Positions 44,889 to 57,000 of a DNA stretch of 64,000 nt are shown here, piece after piece; within the stretch, counting starts at the first letter, position 1, and every line of letters starts with the position of its first letter. The translations under genes and the position numbers were made by a program. A model generated the notes under the pieces. The model did not search any database. It worked only from the letters and a program-made list of their open reading frames with translations, and had not been told where the DNA came from. This stretch comes from a virus, in IMG/VR virus record IMGVR_UViG_3300027969_000052, positions 1 to 64,000 of that record; one strand, 5' to 3'.

Positions 44889-47390
44889 TTATGGCGTCAA
44901 CGCCTTAATTTGCGATTTTAGCTCTTCTATTTGAGCTTGCTGTTCTTTCATAGCTTCTACTAGCAAGGGCACTAGACGCTCATAGTCGACACCTAGATAG
45001 TTTTTGCCAGATTTTGACTGCTCATTTTCGTCTAAATCAAAACTTGCAGGAGTAACTGCTACTGGGTAAACAGCGTTTACTTGTTGTGCAGAAAGACCAC
45101 CTTTAACTTGACCTGCTTTGTAGCCTAATGCAACTGCTGTTTCGTTAGGAGTATAGTAGAAACCTTCTAATTGTAGCACTTTTTCAAGCGCATTTTCAAT
45201 TTTTCCTATACGATTCTTGAGTCTTTCGTCTGAATAGTTGGTGTAAAGGTCGCCTGTAACAAATAGTGTGCCGTTGACCTGCATGTTGTTACCGTTTGTT
45301 TGGAAGTTATTATTACCTGCACGGTAAATGTAAAGTTCGCCTGTTGCGTTTCCACGAATATATGTTCCGCCGGCGTAGCTATAACTACCAAAGAACAAAG
45401 AACCACCGGTTGTTATATTAATATCACCAGATCCGCCAACTACTAGGCAGGGATTGTTACCATTAGAAACACCGTTTGAAATTGCTAATGCACCGCCCGA
45501 ATTTGATGGTCCAGTAATAGTATGTATTGAGCCGCCGTTAGTTACTTGTAAGAATGTAGCACCAAGTGTTGTGAAGTTTCCTGTAGCCGCTGTTGTAGCA
45601 CCTACAGTACCATTGTGTGGTCCGCTAAATGCACTACTTAAAATACCCGTGCTTGGGTTGAATGTAATCTTACTTGAAGCAACATACATCGTAGTAATTG
45701 CACCACTTACAGAACTAGTAAATGTTATGTATCTTGCCGCATTAGTTGTTGTGTCGTCAGTAACACTCACACCAGCCTGCGCCCACTGCACACCAGTACC
45801 TGTAGTTTGTAAGAAATATCCGTTAGTACCTGCAGAAGCTCCTGCATATAGAGCGCCGCCCAAATATAAACCTGATGCAATACTTACACCGCCGTCTACT
45901 CTTAAAGCACCGGTACCTAAAGTTGCACTTGCGGCTGTTGTTGAATAAATTCTAGCATCGCCGCTGGTACCGTTAAAGTCAATACGAACGTTTGCCGCAC
46001 CGTCTGATAAAATAATACGACCGTTTTCAACACCAGAGCCCGTTGCACTACCAATAATAGTAACGTTATTTTGTGCGCCCAATGCATTACCCGAGTTATA
46101 ACCAATTGTTACGTTTTGACTACCACCAACTAACTGGTTGCCGGCATTATATCCAACTGCGGTGTTACTTGCGCCGCCTGCTAAGTTTCCTAGTGTCTGA
46201 TAACCAATTGCTGTATTTTGGTTAAATGCGCCGTTGCCTAAGCCCAGTGATCGATAACCAATAGCAACGTTGTTGATCATACTAGCGTTATTGCTGGTAT
46301 ACATTGCTTGGTAGCCGATGGCTACGTTGTTACCTCCTGTGGCTGTTTGAGCTAATAGTGCTTGATATCCGATAGCAGTATTATTGGCCGCACTAGTAAG
46401 TGCATTACCTGATTGGAAACCAATTAATAAATTACCGCCACCTGTTAATAAATTTGCGCCTGCCGCGTTACCAATAACAGTATTTGATGAAATGCTACCT
46501 GCTCCCCGTCCAACCCTAATGCTATTATGATATGCATCACCGTTAGTAACAAGGCCACCACCTGCTGAAATACCACCGTATGTAATTATCGCACCTGTAC
46601 CTGTCGATCCAACACCTGATGTTACTGTAATATCTGTAGATAGGGGAACTGTAGCGCCAGTTGCGCTTAGGCTTAAACTTTGAATTTGGGTAGCAATAGC
46701 ATTTGCTGATTGACTAGCTGACGAAATTAAGAAATTTAATTGTCCAGTACCTAATTGAATTTGTCCATGGTGTCCAGTTCCCGATACGTAAGTAGTACCT
46801 ACGTTATTGTAACTGTTTAGACCGACGCCTAACGGATATGTACTAGTACCAACTTGTAAAGCAATGCTCGAACTGTCTGCTACATCATAAAAATATCCAG
46901 CGACGTTTGTAGTAGTTGAAACTGTAATGCCGTATGTAGATCCTGCTCCGCCAACGCCTAAGTTTGCGTTCATAGCAAACGATCCACCAATGTTTAAGTT
47001 TCCTGAAACACCGACTCCACCTAATACTTGTAGGGCACCAGTAGTTGTATTTGAACTTGCTGTGTTGTTGCCTAAATAAACAACTCCCTGATATTTGGCA
47101 ATATTAACTGTGCCGGCGTCTGTAATCTGTAGACTAGGAATACCGCTCTTATCAGTTACAGAATAAATGTTACCAGTTACAGAGTTGACAATCGCTTTAA
47201 TTTGACCGGTTGATCCCTCAAACGATATACTTCCGTCATCAAGTACGCGAATAAAAGTAGACGCAGATGTAGAGGTTCCTACAAGACCGTTTGTAGGATT
47301 AGCGCCAGTAAATCTAATTGTGGCTTCTGTGCTTCCAGCACCCAGCGGGCCCGAAGGTGTTATAACTATATTACGATCTGTTAACGGCAT
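44889..47390 (-). CDS. tail fibre with C-terminal peptidase S74 intramolecular chaperone
   Basis: YSDERLKNRIGKIENALEKVLQLEG...GLSAQQV..VYP.AV...VDYERLVPLLVEAMKEQQ; N.AIGY.AL beta-roll repeats; TGAL.V.GG repeats. Confidence 0.88.
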   Translation of the reverse strand: MPLTDRNIVITPSGPLGAGSTEATIRFTGANPTNGLVGTSTSASTFIRVLDDGSISFEGSTGQIKAIVNSVTGNIYSVTDKSGIPSLQITDAGTVNIAKYQGVVYLGNNTASSNTTTGALQVLGGVGVSGNLNIGGSFAMNANLGVGGAGSTYGITVSTTTNVAGYFYDVADSSSIALQVGTSTYPLGVGLNSYNNVGTTYVSGTGHHGQIQLGTGQLNFLISSASQSANAIATQIQSLSLSATGATVPLSTDITVTSGVGSTGTGAIITYGGISAGGGLVTNGDAYHNSIRVGRGAGSISSNTVIGNAAGANLLTGGGNLLIGFQSGNALTSAANNTAIGYQALLAQTATGGNNVAIGYQAMYTSNNASMINNVAIGYRSLGLGNGAFNQNTAIGYQTLGNLAGGASNTAVGYNAGNQLVGGSQNVTIGYNSGNALGAQNNVTIIGSATGSGVENGRIILSDGAANVRIDFNGTSGDARIYSTTAASATLGTGALRVDGGVSIASGLYLGGALYAGASAGTNGYFLQTTGTGVQWAQAGVSVTDDTTTNAARYITFTSSVSGAITTMYVASSKITFNPSTGILSSAFSGPHNGTVGATTAATGNFTTLGATFLQVTNGGSIHTITGPSNSGGALAISNGVSNGNNPCLVVGGSGDINITTGGSLFFGSYSYAGGTYIRGNATGELYIYRAGNNNFQTNGNNMQVNGTLFVTGDLYTNYSDERLKNRIGKIENALEKVLQLEGFYYTPNETAVALGYKAGQVKGGLSAQQVNAVYPVAVTPASFDLDENEQSKSGKNYLGVDYERLVPLLVEAMKEQQAQIEELKSQIKALTP

Positions 47391-47414
47391 CTCTTATTTC
47401 CATTATTTTAATAT

Positions 47415-48068
47415 TTATAGTCCAAAACTTGTTTTAAATGCATTAAACGTTTGACGAATTTCGTTGTCAGACAGTTGTCTAGTATAAAACATTGTAGGAC
47501 CAATGCTTCCTTGCATAGCACCAGAATGTAGTCCTATTTGCATGTTTGCACTATTGCTGGCGGTGCCAGCTACAGTATTATAGTTGTCTAAGATACCATT
47601 GTAGTAAATTCTACTAGTACCCGAGCCGCCTGCAGAACCTGTTCCGCTGAAGCTTCCTGCGACCATAAACCAAGAGCTCAATGGCATTGTTGTGTTACTG
47701 TTTAAGTCGCCGCCCGAACCGTAAGTTCTCCAGCGCATTTGGTTTGCACCACCCATGTAAAAGTTTATTTCGTTTAGGCCCGAAGTATAGCTAAATGTTC
47801 CGCCAACTCTTGATGTAAGATTTAACCATTGTATAACTGTAAATCCTGAACTTAGGCTATAAGAATATGCAGAGTTAGACTGTACTACGCCAGCCGCGTT
47901 ATTAAACCACACACCGCCGGAGTATGTAATAGAGCTTACTGTTAATCCTAAATTATCGATTTGATTTGTTGCGGCCGCGCCTGCACCACTGTAACATTTA
48001 ACATTTCGTGGGTCGGCCATAAATGTAAGACCCGATAATGGGATATATGTTCCGTCTATGATTGCCAT
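47415..48068 (-). CDS. LamG/concanavalin A-like domain virion protein
   Basis: GLTFMADP.N..CY.G.G, FTVIQW, WFMVAGS, RIYYNG, GSIG..MFY.R.LS..EI.Q.FNA. Confidence 0.8.
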   Translation of the reverse strand: MAIIDGTYIPLSGLTFMADPRNVKCYSGAGAAATNQIDNLGLTVSSITYSGGVWFNNAAGVVQSNSAYSYSLSSGFTVIQWLNLTSRVGGTFSYTSGLNEINFYMGGANQMRWRTYGSGGDLNSNTTMPLSSWFMVAGSFSGTGSAGGSGTSRIYYNGILDNYNTVAGTASNSANMQIGLHSGAMQGSIGPTMFYTRQLSDNEIRQTFNAFKTSFGL

Positions 48069-51000
48069 TATTTCTTATACTCCACTTTAAGTTTATCTAT
48101 ATCTTTACGTTCTGCCCAAACTACATAGAAGCAGTTTACAGATTTGTTAATCATATTGTCATTTCCAACTACGATTGTTTTTGCTGTAACTGTTTCAACA
48201 TACAGTTTCTGATGTTTACCAATTGGTGTTAGATCCACAGTCATAGTAGACTCATCAATTAAATCTTTCCAATAGTCTGGCAATTCAATTACTGAACTAT
48301 TTGTTAATCGACCGCGTACATAAACACCATTTTCTGGACCTTCTAAAGATCCGTATTGTAGTTTATGACCAGCTTTGCTTGGATGATCGATTAAGAAGCT
48401 CTTGGCTGTAGCAACTAATGTGCCGCCAACATATACGTTACCACCAACTCCAATGCCACCATTAATGATTTGTAGGGCACCTGTTGTTGTGCTAGTCGAG
48501 TTTGTGGCATTGTTAATGACTAAACTATTAACTGTTGTGCCACCAAACTGCGACATCAATGTTGCTTGTGTAGTTACAGTACTGCCTGCTACTGTTGCTG
48601 TGTTAGCAACATATAAACTACCACCAGCATATATATTTGATGCAGGAGTTGATGCACTACCAGCTGTAGCTACATACGCACCTGAATAGTAACCTGGCTC
48701 TGCTTGTGAACCAAATACATACAATCCATTACCTGCTGTTCCAGTGTAGGCACTCAAAGTACCGCTGATAGCTGTATCATTTCCTAGTGCCGCATAAACG
48801 CCAACGGCTGTTGCACTTGCACTTGAAGGAGCCCAAACTGTAACAGAACAACGATACCATCCGCTACTTGCACCGTATGGTAATGTTTCTATACGACTTG
48901 TTGTAGGATATAGACCTGATACTGTGTTACCTGCCGCGCCAGTTGACAAGTTAAACCATGCCGCATGTGCTTGTCCGCCAACAGTAATATTTAAAATACC
49001 AAATGTTCTTTCTGCGGCTTTTAAATATGCGCTGTATGTTACTGGGCCAGTTTGACTAATTGTCTGCTGGAAGTAGTGTCCGCCAGTAGCACCTGTTTCA
49101 ATTAATTTTGTTCCATTCAATGTACCGTCTGGGCTAGTTGTTGAACCAGCTTGGAACGTTGAATTAAATTTACTCCAGTTCGCTTGACTGTAATCTGAAC
49201 TTTGAACTAATAAGTTGCCACCCTGTGAGTACACACCATTAGCAACAGATGCACCAGATGCTTCGGTATTGCCGCCGACTTGTATGTTTGCAGAGCTATC
49301 AATAAATGTACGGTTAACAACTATTGGTCCACCAACAAACATATCTTTACCGATACCAGCACCACCAACAACAGTCAGCGCACCAGTAATAGTTGACAAG
49401 CTAACTGTACCTGTGTATACGTTAATGAACTCGGTCGATGTGCTTGATCCACCACTGCCACCACTGCCACCAGTGCCGACTAATGCACCGTTAGCGTAAA
49501 TGTTGCGAGCATAGATATCGCCTTGGACGCCTAAGCCGCCTGTAATTCTTACAGCACCAGTTAGTGTACTTGTTGCAGAAGTTGCATTTGTAAATTGTAC
49601 AGCACCTGCCGCAGTCATTGACTGTAGTTGTGTGTCACCTAAGAGTGTTGTTATACCGCCAACAACTAGTCCGTTACCAATTGCCGCTCCACCACGTACT
49701 TGTAGAGCACCGGTTGCTGTGTTAGTAGCATTGATTGTTGATAGTTCAACTAATTCCCCAGTATCTAAAACTTGTACTCTTACAGTATTAGCTGTTTCAA
49801 TATCAAAAGAAGTTGTTGAAGTATTTCTTCGAATTCTTGCATTGCCGCCAAAGTTAGCATAGTTGCCGGCTGATAAATCAACAGTCCCGCCGATTGTAGC
49901 AGTAGTTCCTACGTTAATGTATCCACCAACCCAAGCATTGCCACCGACACCAAGACCACCGTTTGTAATCTTTAATGCCGCAGTAGTTGTGCTAGTTGCT
50001 TGTGTGGCATTGGCAATAGTTCCAATACCGCTGATTGTTGTAAGTGATCCAGCAAGGGTTGTGTTACCGCCAACATAAAGTTGTTTAGTAATACCAACAC
50101 CGCCTAGTGTGTAGAGCGCACCCGAACCTGTTGATCCGCTATCAGTTTGATTTCTGATAAACAACGGATTGTTAATTGTGCCGCCGTCAAACGCACCGGT
50201 AAACGAACCAACGTTTTGTGTTGTAACTACCTGATAACCGTTAATCCATGCGCTGTTATCTAACCATAAACTAGCCGCACCGATACCGCCAGTAACAACA
50301 AGTGCATTACCTGATTTGCTTGATGTACTTGCAATAGCAGAAGCATGGTACGCCGCACCAGTTGAAGTAAATATTCCTCCAACATATACGTCGCCACCAA
50401 TACCAACGCCACCGTCTACACGCAATGCACCACTTTGTGTGCTTAATGATTGTGTAGCTGTTGAAATGTAGAATTGACTTCCATTTAGTCTTGCTACTTC
50501 AAACGAACTTTGCTGACCAAATAATATTGCCTGACCGAATGTAATTACTGCATCACCCTGTGCCGCTGTGGGTAAGAAGTTAGCCGATGCGGCTGAAGCG
50601 CCAATTCGTAAATCTGCAGAGCTACCAGTTGCCGTTCTAGTAATTTGTACGTTTGTATATTGGTTTACGTTGTTTGATAAGAAAATGTTATCATCGTTAC
50701 CAACTTGTACACGTAATTTTCCACGAACATCTAGTTTTGCTAACGGAGCACCTGCTACACCGATACCCCAGTCGCCGCCACTTGCACCACTACTTACTAC
50801 TCCGCGCAGTGTTTGACTTGTACCGTTGCTTGTATAAAAACCTAAGTAACCATTTAGACCCTGGACTGCTCCGACTGCCGCGCCGCCTGTGGCTAATGCT
50901 TGCGTTCCGTTCATAAACGCAATACCAGAAACTCCAGTTCCTAATAAATCTCGGCCGATCTGCCAACGTGGGCTACTTTCTGTAGTAGCTATCTCATAGA

Positions 51001-54000
51001 TTGCATTTGAACCGCCAGCACCTGTAATTTGTACACGGCTACTATTGTATGCACCAGCAACAAAGTTGCCGTTAACTTCGAGTGCTACGCCAGGAGTGGG
51101 TGTTTGAATACCAACGTTACCGCCAAAATATCCTTGGCCTGCAACATAAGTATTGCCACTAATACCTGCACCGCCTAATACTTGTAAGCTACCAGTTTGT
51201 GTATTTGTAGACTGTTGATTGAGCGTTACTCCAACAACATGTAAGCCGCCGTTGTAAATATTGCCACCAACACCAACGCCTCCATTTAGAACTTTTAGTG
51301 CTCCAGTTAATGTGCTAGTTGCTTGTGTAGGATCATTAATTATCAACGAGGAGTTGATCTGACCGCCTGAGAAGCTGTTGATGTTAGCCGCCGTAACAAT
51401 CGGGCTACCATTGATCCAACCTTCTGTGCTTAGGTATAGTGATCGAGCACCAATACCACCAGTAACTGATAACGCATTATTAGCAATAGTTGATGTGTTA
51501 AATATTGCGCTTTGAATTACTTCATAGCCGCCTAAGAACAAATCTCTAGTAATTGCTACACCACCGATAGTTCTAATCGAACCAGTAGTTAATGTTGCAT
51601 CAGCATTTGTATTTGTATTAACAACGATAGCACTATTAACAATACCGCCATTGAAAGAATATGCACCGATATTTGCCGCTGTTAAGACCTGACTACCGCC
51701 AATGTAACCAGCAACATCAATTGTTAGATATCTACCACCAATACCGCCTAAGCTAGTTAATGCGTTACCTGTTGACGTTGTTAGATTAAATGCAGAACTT
51801 ACGATTGTTGCTGTGCCGCCAACAAATAAATTCCTACCAATACCTGCGCCGCCAATGGTTTGAAGTGCGCCAGTCTGCGTAGAGCTTGCATCTGTTACTG
51901 CATAACTTCTTACACTTTGAGAGTGTACAGTATTCCAAAGGTTAGTTGAATCGCCTAGGCTAAATCCGCCAGCGGTTGATGGAATAATATTTCCGTTTGA
52001 GCTCCAAGAACTAATACCGTTAAACAGTAAACTAATATAAGGTGCTGTTGAATTTCCTACTGCAATTCCTGCACCAACTGCGGCTCCTGCGTTAGGAGAG
52101 CTTGTGCTTAGATAAATTACCTTGTTGCCAGTTTCAATGTTTGTGGAACTTAGTGTGAAAGTTGTGCCATCTACATATAAGTTTCCTAGTACATTTAAAT
52201 CAGCACCGACCCATAAATTCTTACCAATTCCTACACCGCCGAGCACACGTAGCGCACCAGTAGATGTATTTGTTGCATCAGTTGTATTACTTAGATATAG
52301 TTGGTTCGCTACTTCGCCGCCTGAGAAGCTGTTAATTGTGGCCGCTGTAATAATTGGCGATCCGTTGATCCAGCCCTCTTGTTCTAAGAATAATGTCTTA
52401 GCACCTACGCCACCGTTAATTGCTTGGACTGCATTACCAGCGATAGTGCCGGTGTTGATCATTGAAGAACCGACAATTATGTTTTGGTTAGCCGCAATAC
52501 CGCCTGTGGCCCAAATGCCTGCGCCGTTGATAGAGCCACCACTTACTGTGGCTGTAGTTGCAGTTGTAACCTGTACAGTACCGGCAATAGTTAATGGACT
52601 ACCTGCCGCATTAATATTTGTTGCAGTTACGTTTGTAGCAATTAAGTTACCATAGAAGTTTGCACCTGCCCAAATATTTCCAACTGCGGATATGCCGCCT
52701 GCTGTACGTATAGCACCGCTAGTTGCGTTAACTGCTTGCGTATTTGTGTTAACATACAACGGAGTTGTAATTGTTCCACCGTTAAACTGATAGCTAGCAA
52801 TAGTTGCCGCAGTAATAATTGGGCTACCTGCGATCCAACCGTTTTCAGTTAAGTAAATCTTGCGAGCGCCAATACCGCCTGTTACTGCCAATGAGTTGTT
52901 GGCAATCGTCGATGTGCTTACGTTATTACTTGTTACAATTACGTTGTTCTTTAATTGGAAATTTCCTGTTCCAGTAAAGCGAGCCCATTCAACAACAGTA
53001 TTAACTGTTGTGTCGTTACTGTCTGCCCATGCTCCGCCACCAAATACTAATGGTTGAGCGTTGCCTGCTGTTTGTTCGCCCGATGCTAACCAGTTTTCAA
53101 ATGTTGCACCTGAATCGTTTGATGTTGCCGCAAAAGCCAATCTTGGTGTATTTGCAGAGAATATATCACTCCAATAACTTGAACGTAAGCTCAAGTAGTT
53201 AGAGACTGTGTTAGAGCTCCATGTTGGGCTATATGGTGTAAGAACATCTACTCCATAAATTGGGTTATGATTCCCACCGATAGCAAACTGTTGGCTGTCG
53301 TTAAATCTTGCAACAGGAACATTGTTAACAATAACGTCAACCGGCTTGTTTATATTATTTGTACCAACATTTAATGCTGTTAATAATCCGTTGGCACCTA
53401 AGTAACCATCAACACTTCCCGTAGTATCGATAGTGTTTAGGCTACCGCCTGACCAAATATTTCCACCAACACCAAGTCCGCCATTAGTGACTTTTAACGC
53501 ACCTGTTATTGTGCTAGTTGCTTGTGTAGGATCGTTAATAGTCAACGGATTATTAATTGTTCCGCCGGAGAAATTATTAATGTTTGCCGCAGTAACTACT
53601 GGACTTCCATTTACCCATGCCGCAGTAGCAACACGTAAGTAGCCAAAGCTACCGCCGCCTGTTACTTGGAATGCATTTCCTGCCGCAGTACTTGTGTTAA
53701 CAATGTTGCTTGTTACTGTTGCTGTTGTAAAGGTTGCTGTACCTGCACTAATTGTTTTAAATGTTGCTGTGCTTAAGAATGTACTTGTGCCAGCAATGTT
53801 TAAATAGCCACCTAAGAATAAATTACCACCAATACCTGCGCCACCATTAGTAATTTGGAATGCGCCAGTGATTGTACTTGTTGCTTGTGTTGCGCTATTG
53901 ATAACAATGGCTTTGTTAATTGTACCACCGTTGAAAGCATAGTCACCAATAGTAGCAGTTGTGATTACAATGCCGCCGTTAACTGTAGCAATGGTGTTAA

Positions 54001-57000
54001 CCATTAAACTATTAAAGTAGCCGCCGCCACTGACAACTAATGCATTATCTGTATTAGTTACTGTCGAAGCATACAAGCTGTTGATGAATATCTTTTCACC
54101 AACTTGAATATTTTTACCGACACCTAAGCCGCCGGCAACTTGTAATGCACCGCTTTGTGTACTTAAACTGTCTGTAACGCTGGTTAGCATTACATCGTAT
54201 GCTGAGTTAGCAGTAATGATTGGACTATTGTTAATCCAAGCTTCGCCTGTTACTTTTAAGCTACCGCCAATATATGCACCACCTAATGTTGTTAGAGCAT
54301 TATTAGTGTTAGTTAATGTGTTGGCTCTCGATGTGCCAATGTAAACGTTTTCGCTAAATGCACCACCACCCAGTACTTGCAATGAACCTGTTGTAGTATT
54401 TGTAGCTGTAATATTACTTCTTACATAAACTGTATTAACATAAGCAGTACCCCATGGATTTAATGCAATACCTAAACTATGGTTTGTGTCACCAGTAATA
54501 CTTACTGTAGATTTCCATGAGGTAGAAGCGTTATCAAATAACCAAGTAGCATAAGCCGATCCAACTGGTCCAACTCCAATACCACTATTAGTTGCTAATA
54601 GTGAACTCGATGCTCCGGTACTTACATATATTAACTTGTCACCAGTTTGAATTGTATTACTTTGAATATCAAATGTAGCACCATCAATGAACAAATTGCC
54701 TTGTAGATATGTATTTCCACCTACTACTAAATTCTTGCCAATGCCTACTCCACCGTCAACGACTAATGCACCTGTTGTAGTGCTTGTGCTGTCTGTTAAG
54801 TTTGTAATACGTAACGGATTGCTGATGTTGCCACCAGTGAAACTATTCAACGTACCAGTTGTAATAATTTGTGAGCCATTGATCCAGCCGCTTTGTGCTA
54901 GATACAATGTTTGAGCACCAATACCGCCCTGCAATGATTGAATTGTATTGCCAGTAATACTACTTGTACTACTAGCTGTGGAGTAATTATTAACAAATGT
55001 TCCTACCTGTTGCCTAATATTATTCCATACATACAAAGATTGTTGTGTGCTAATGCCGCCTAACGCTGTTAATGCACCAGTAGTTGAACTAACAGCCGCT
55101 ACGTTAGAATTTAACCGTGTCTGCCCAAGGTATACTTCTAAGTCACCGTCTATATATACTTTACCTAATGGCAGTAGATTAATATCAGAACTTACTGAAA
55201 CTAAATCAAGATTATTAGCGGAGCCAATTTCTAACGGACCTAATGCAGTTATTTGATTCTGTGTTGCGTTTAGTAATCCAAGAAGACCGCTATTAGCATA
55301 TAAGTTTGCGCCAGTAATATTTCCGCCGGCAGTTATATATGTACCAACGTCAAGACTTGTGTTAACACGTAGATTTTGACCAATGCCAACACCACCGCTT
55401 ACTACCAATGCTCCACTATTAACAGCGGATGATGTAGTAATGCTTTGTATTTGTGCTGTGTTTGTAATGTTTAAATCGCTAGCATATACTGTACGGCCAA
55501 CACGTAAATTGTATCCTATGCCAACACCGCCAACTACACGAATAGCACCAGTAATTGTACTGCTTGCATCAGTAGTGCTTACCTGTATTAAATCGTTATG
55601 GATTGTTCCGCCATCAAACGTAGCGGCGTAAGTAGCCAGGTTACCTGTTGTAATAATTCTTTCGTTATTAATCCAACCATCAGTTGTTAAGTATAAACTC
55701 TTACCAGCAATGCCGCCAGTAGTCATTAGACTATTACCGGCTATTGTAGATGTGCTGAATACGGTGCTTGTAGAACTCGCTGTATCGTAATAGATATCTT
55801 TAACACGTAAAGATTTCCACCAGTAGCCGCCAGTGATGCCTAATTCTAGATCATTACGTAACGGAATAATACCGTTGCCTGATTGCCAGTTGCCCGGACT
55901 ACCGCCATCAAATGTCCAAGTAGCCCAATCAGTGTTTGCATTGTTATCATCTTTGCCAACAATAATTCCGGAGCCAGCTGATAGAGCCGCACTACCTGTT
56001 AGTGTTGATAGGAAAACAACTTTAGTGCCGATGTCAACACTTGTACTGTTAATAGAAGTAACAGTACCTGCAACATTTAAACTACCTTGGATTGTTACAG
56101 TTCCGCCAATTTGTGCGCCACCAGCAAGTACAAATGCGTTGCTAGCCGTGTTAGTAATATTAAACTGCCCAGTAACTTGTGTTGAACTGCTAAATGCCTG
56201 ACCCAATGTAGCTGTTGTAACGAGTTCTGCACCCTGTAGGTAACCAAATCTTGCAATGTATAAACTATCTGCGCCGATGCCGCCAGTTACCGATAGCGCA
56301 TTGTTGGCAATAGTTGCGCTGTTAAGTGCAGTACTAGTTAAGCTAATTGCGGCGGCTGTTGTTGCGCCCCTTGCTGTTACATCTGATAATGTGTCTGTTG
56401 ATGCAACGGTAATAGTACCAGTTGAAGCTGATACTGAAATTCCACTGCCTGCTGATAACGATTGTACACCTAGGTTAACAATGTTGATAGTTGCGGTTGT
56501 GCCGCTCTTAGTTACACTAGCGCCAATATATGCATCAGTTGTTACTGTAACATTTGTTAGGACAGAGCCGCCACCTAATAGCGTTAAGTTGCCGCCAACT
56601 GTTAGATTTCCACCAATGCCAACGCCGCCGTCAACAATCAAAGCGCCACTATTTGTATTACCGGTATTTGGATCTAGATTAGTAATGTGCAATGCGTTTG
56701 GAACAATACCGCCTAAGCTAGCACCAATAGTTGCAGTTGTAACAACTCGATTTGTACCAATCCATGCGTCTTGTTCAACGTAAAGAGTCTTTGCGCCTAG
56801 ACCGCCATTGATTGCTTGAATTGCATTTCCTGCAATAGATGACGTAGAACTTGCAGTAACTAATGTTGTAAATGTGCCGCCGATGTTAACATTGCCGCCA
56901 ATACCTGCGCCGCCTCCGACAGTTAACGCACCAGTTGTTGTTGATGTCGATTGTGTTAGTCCCGGTACAGCTAGCGTTTGTACAGAGAACGCACCGTTAA

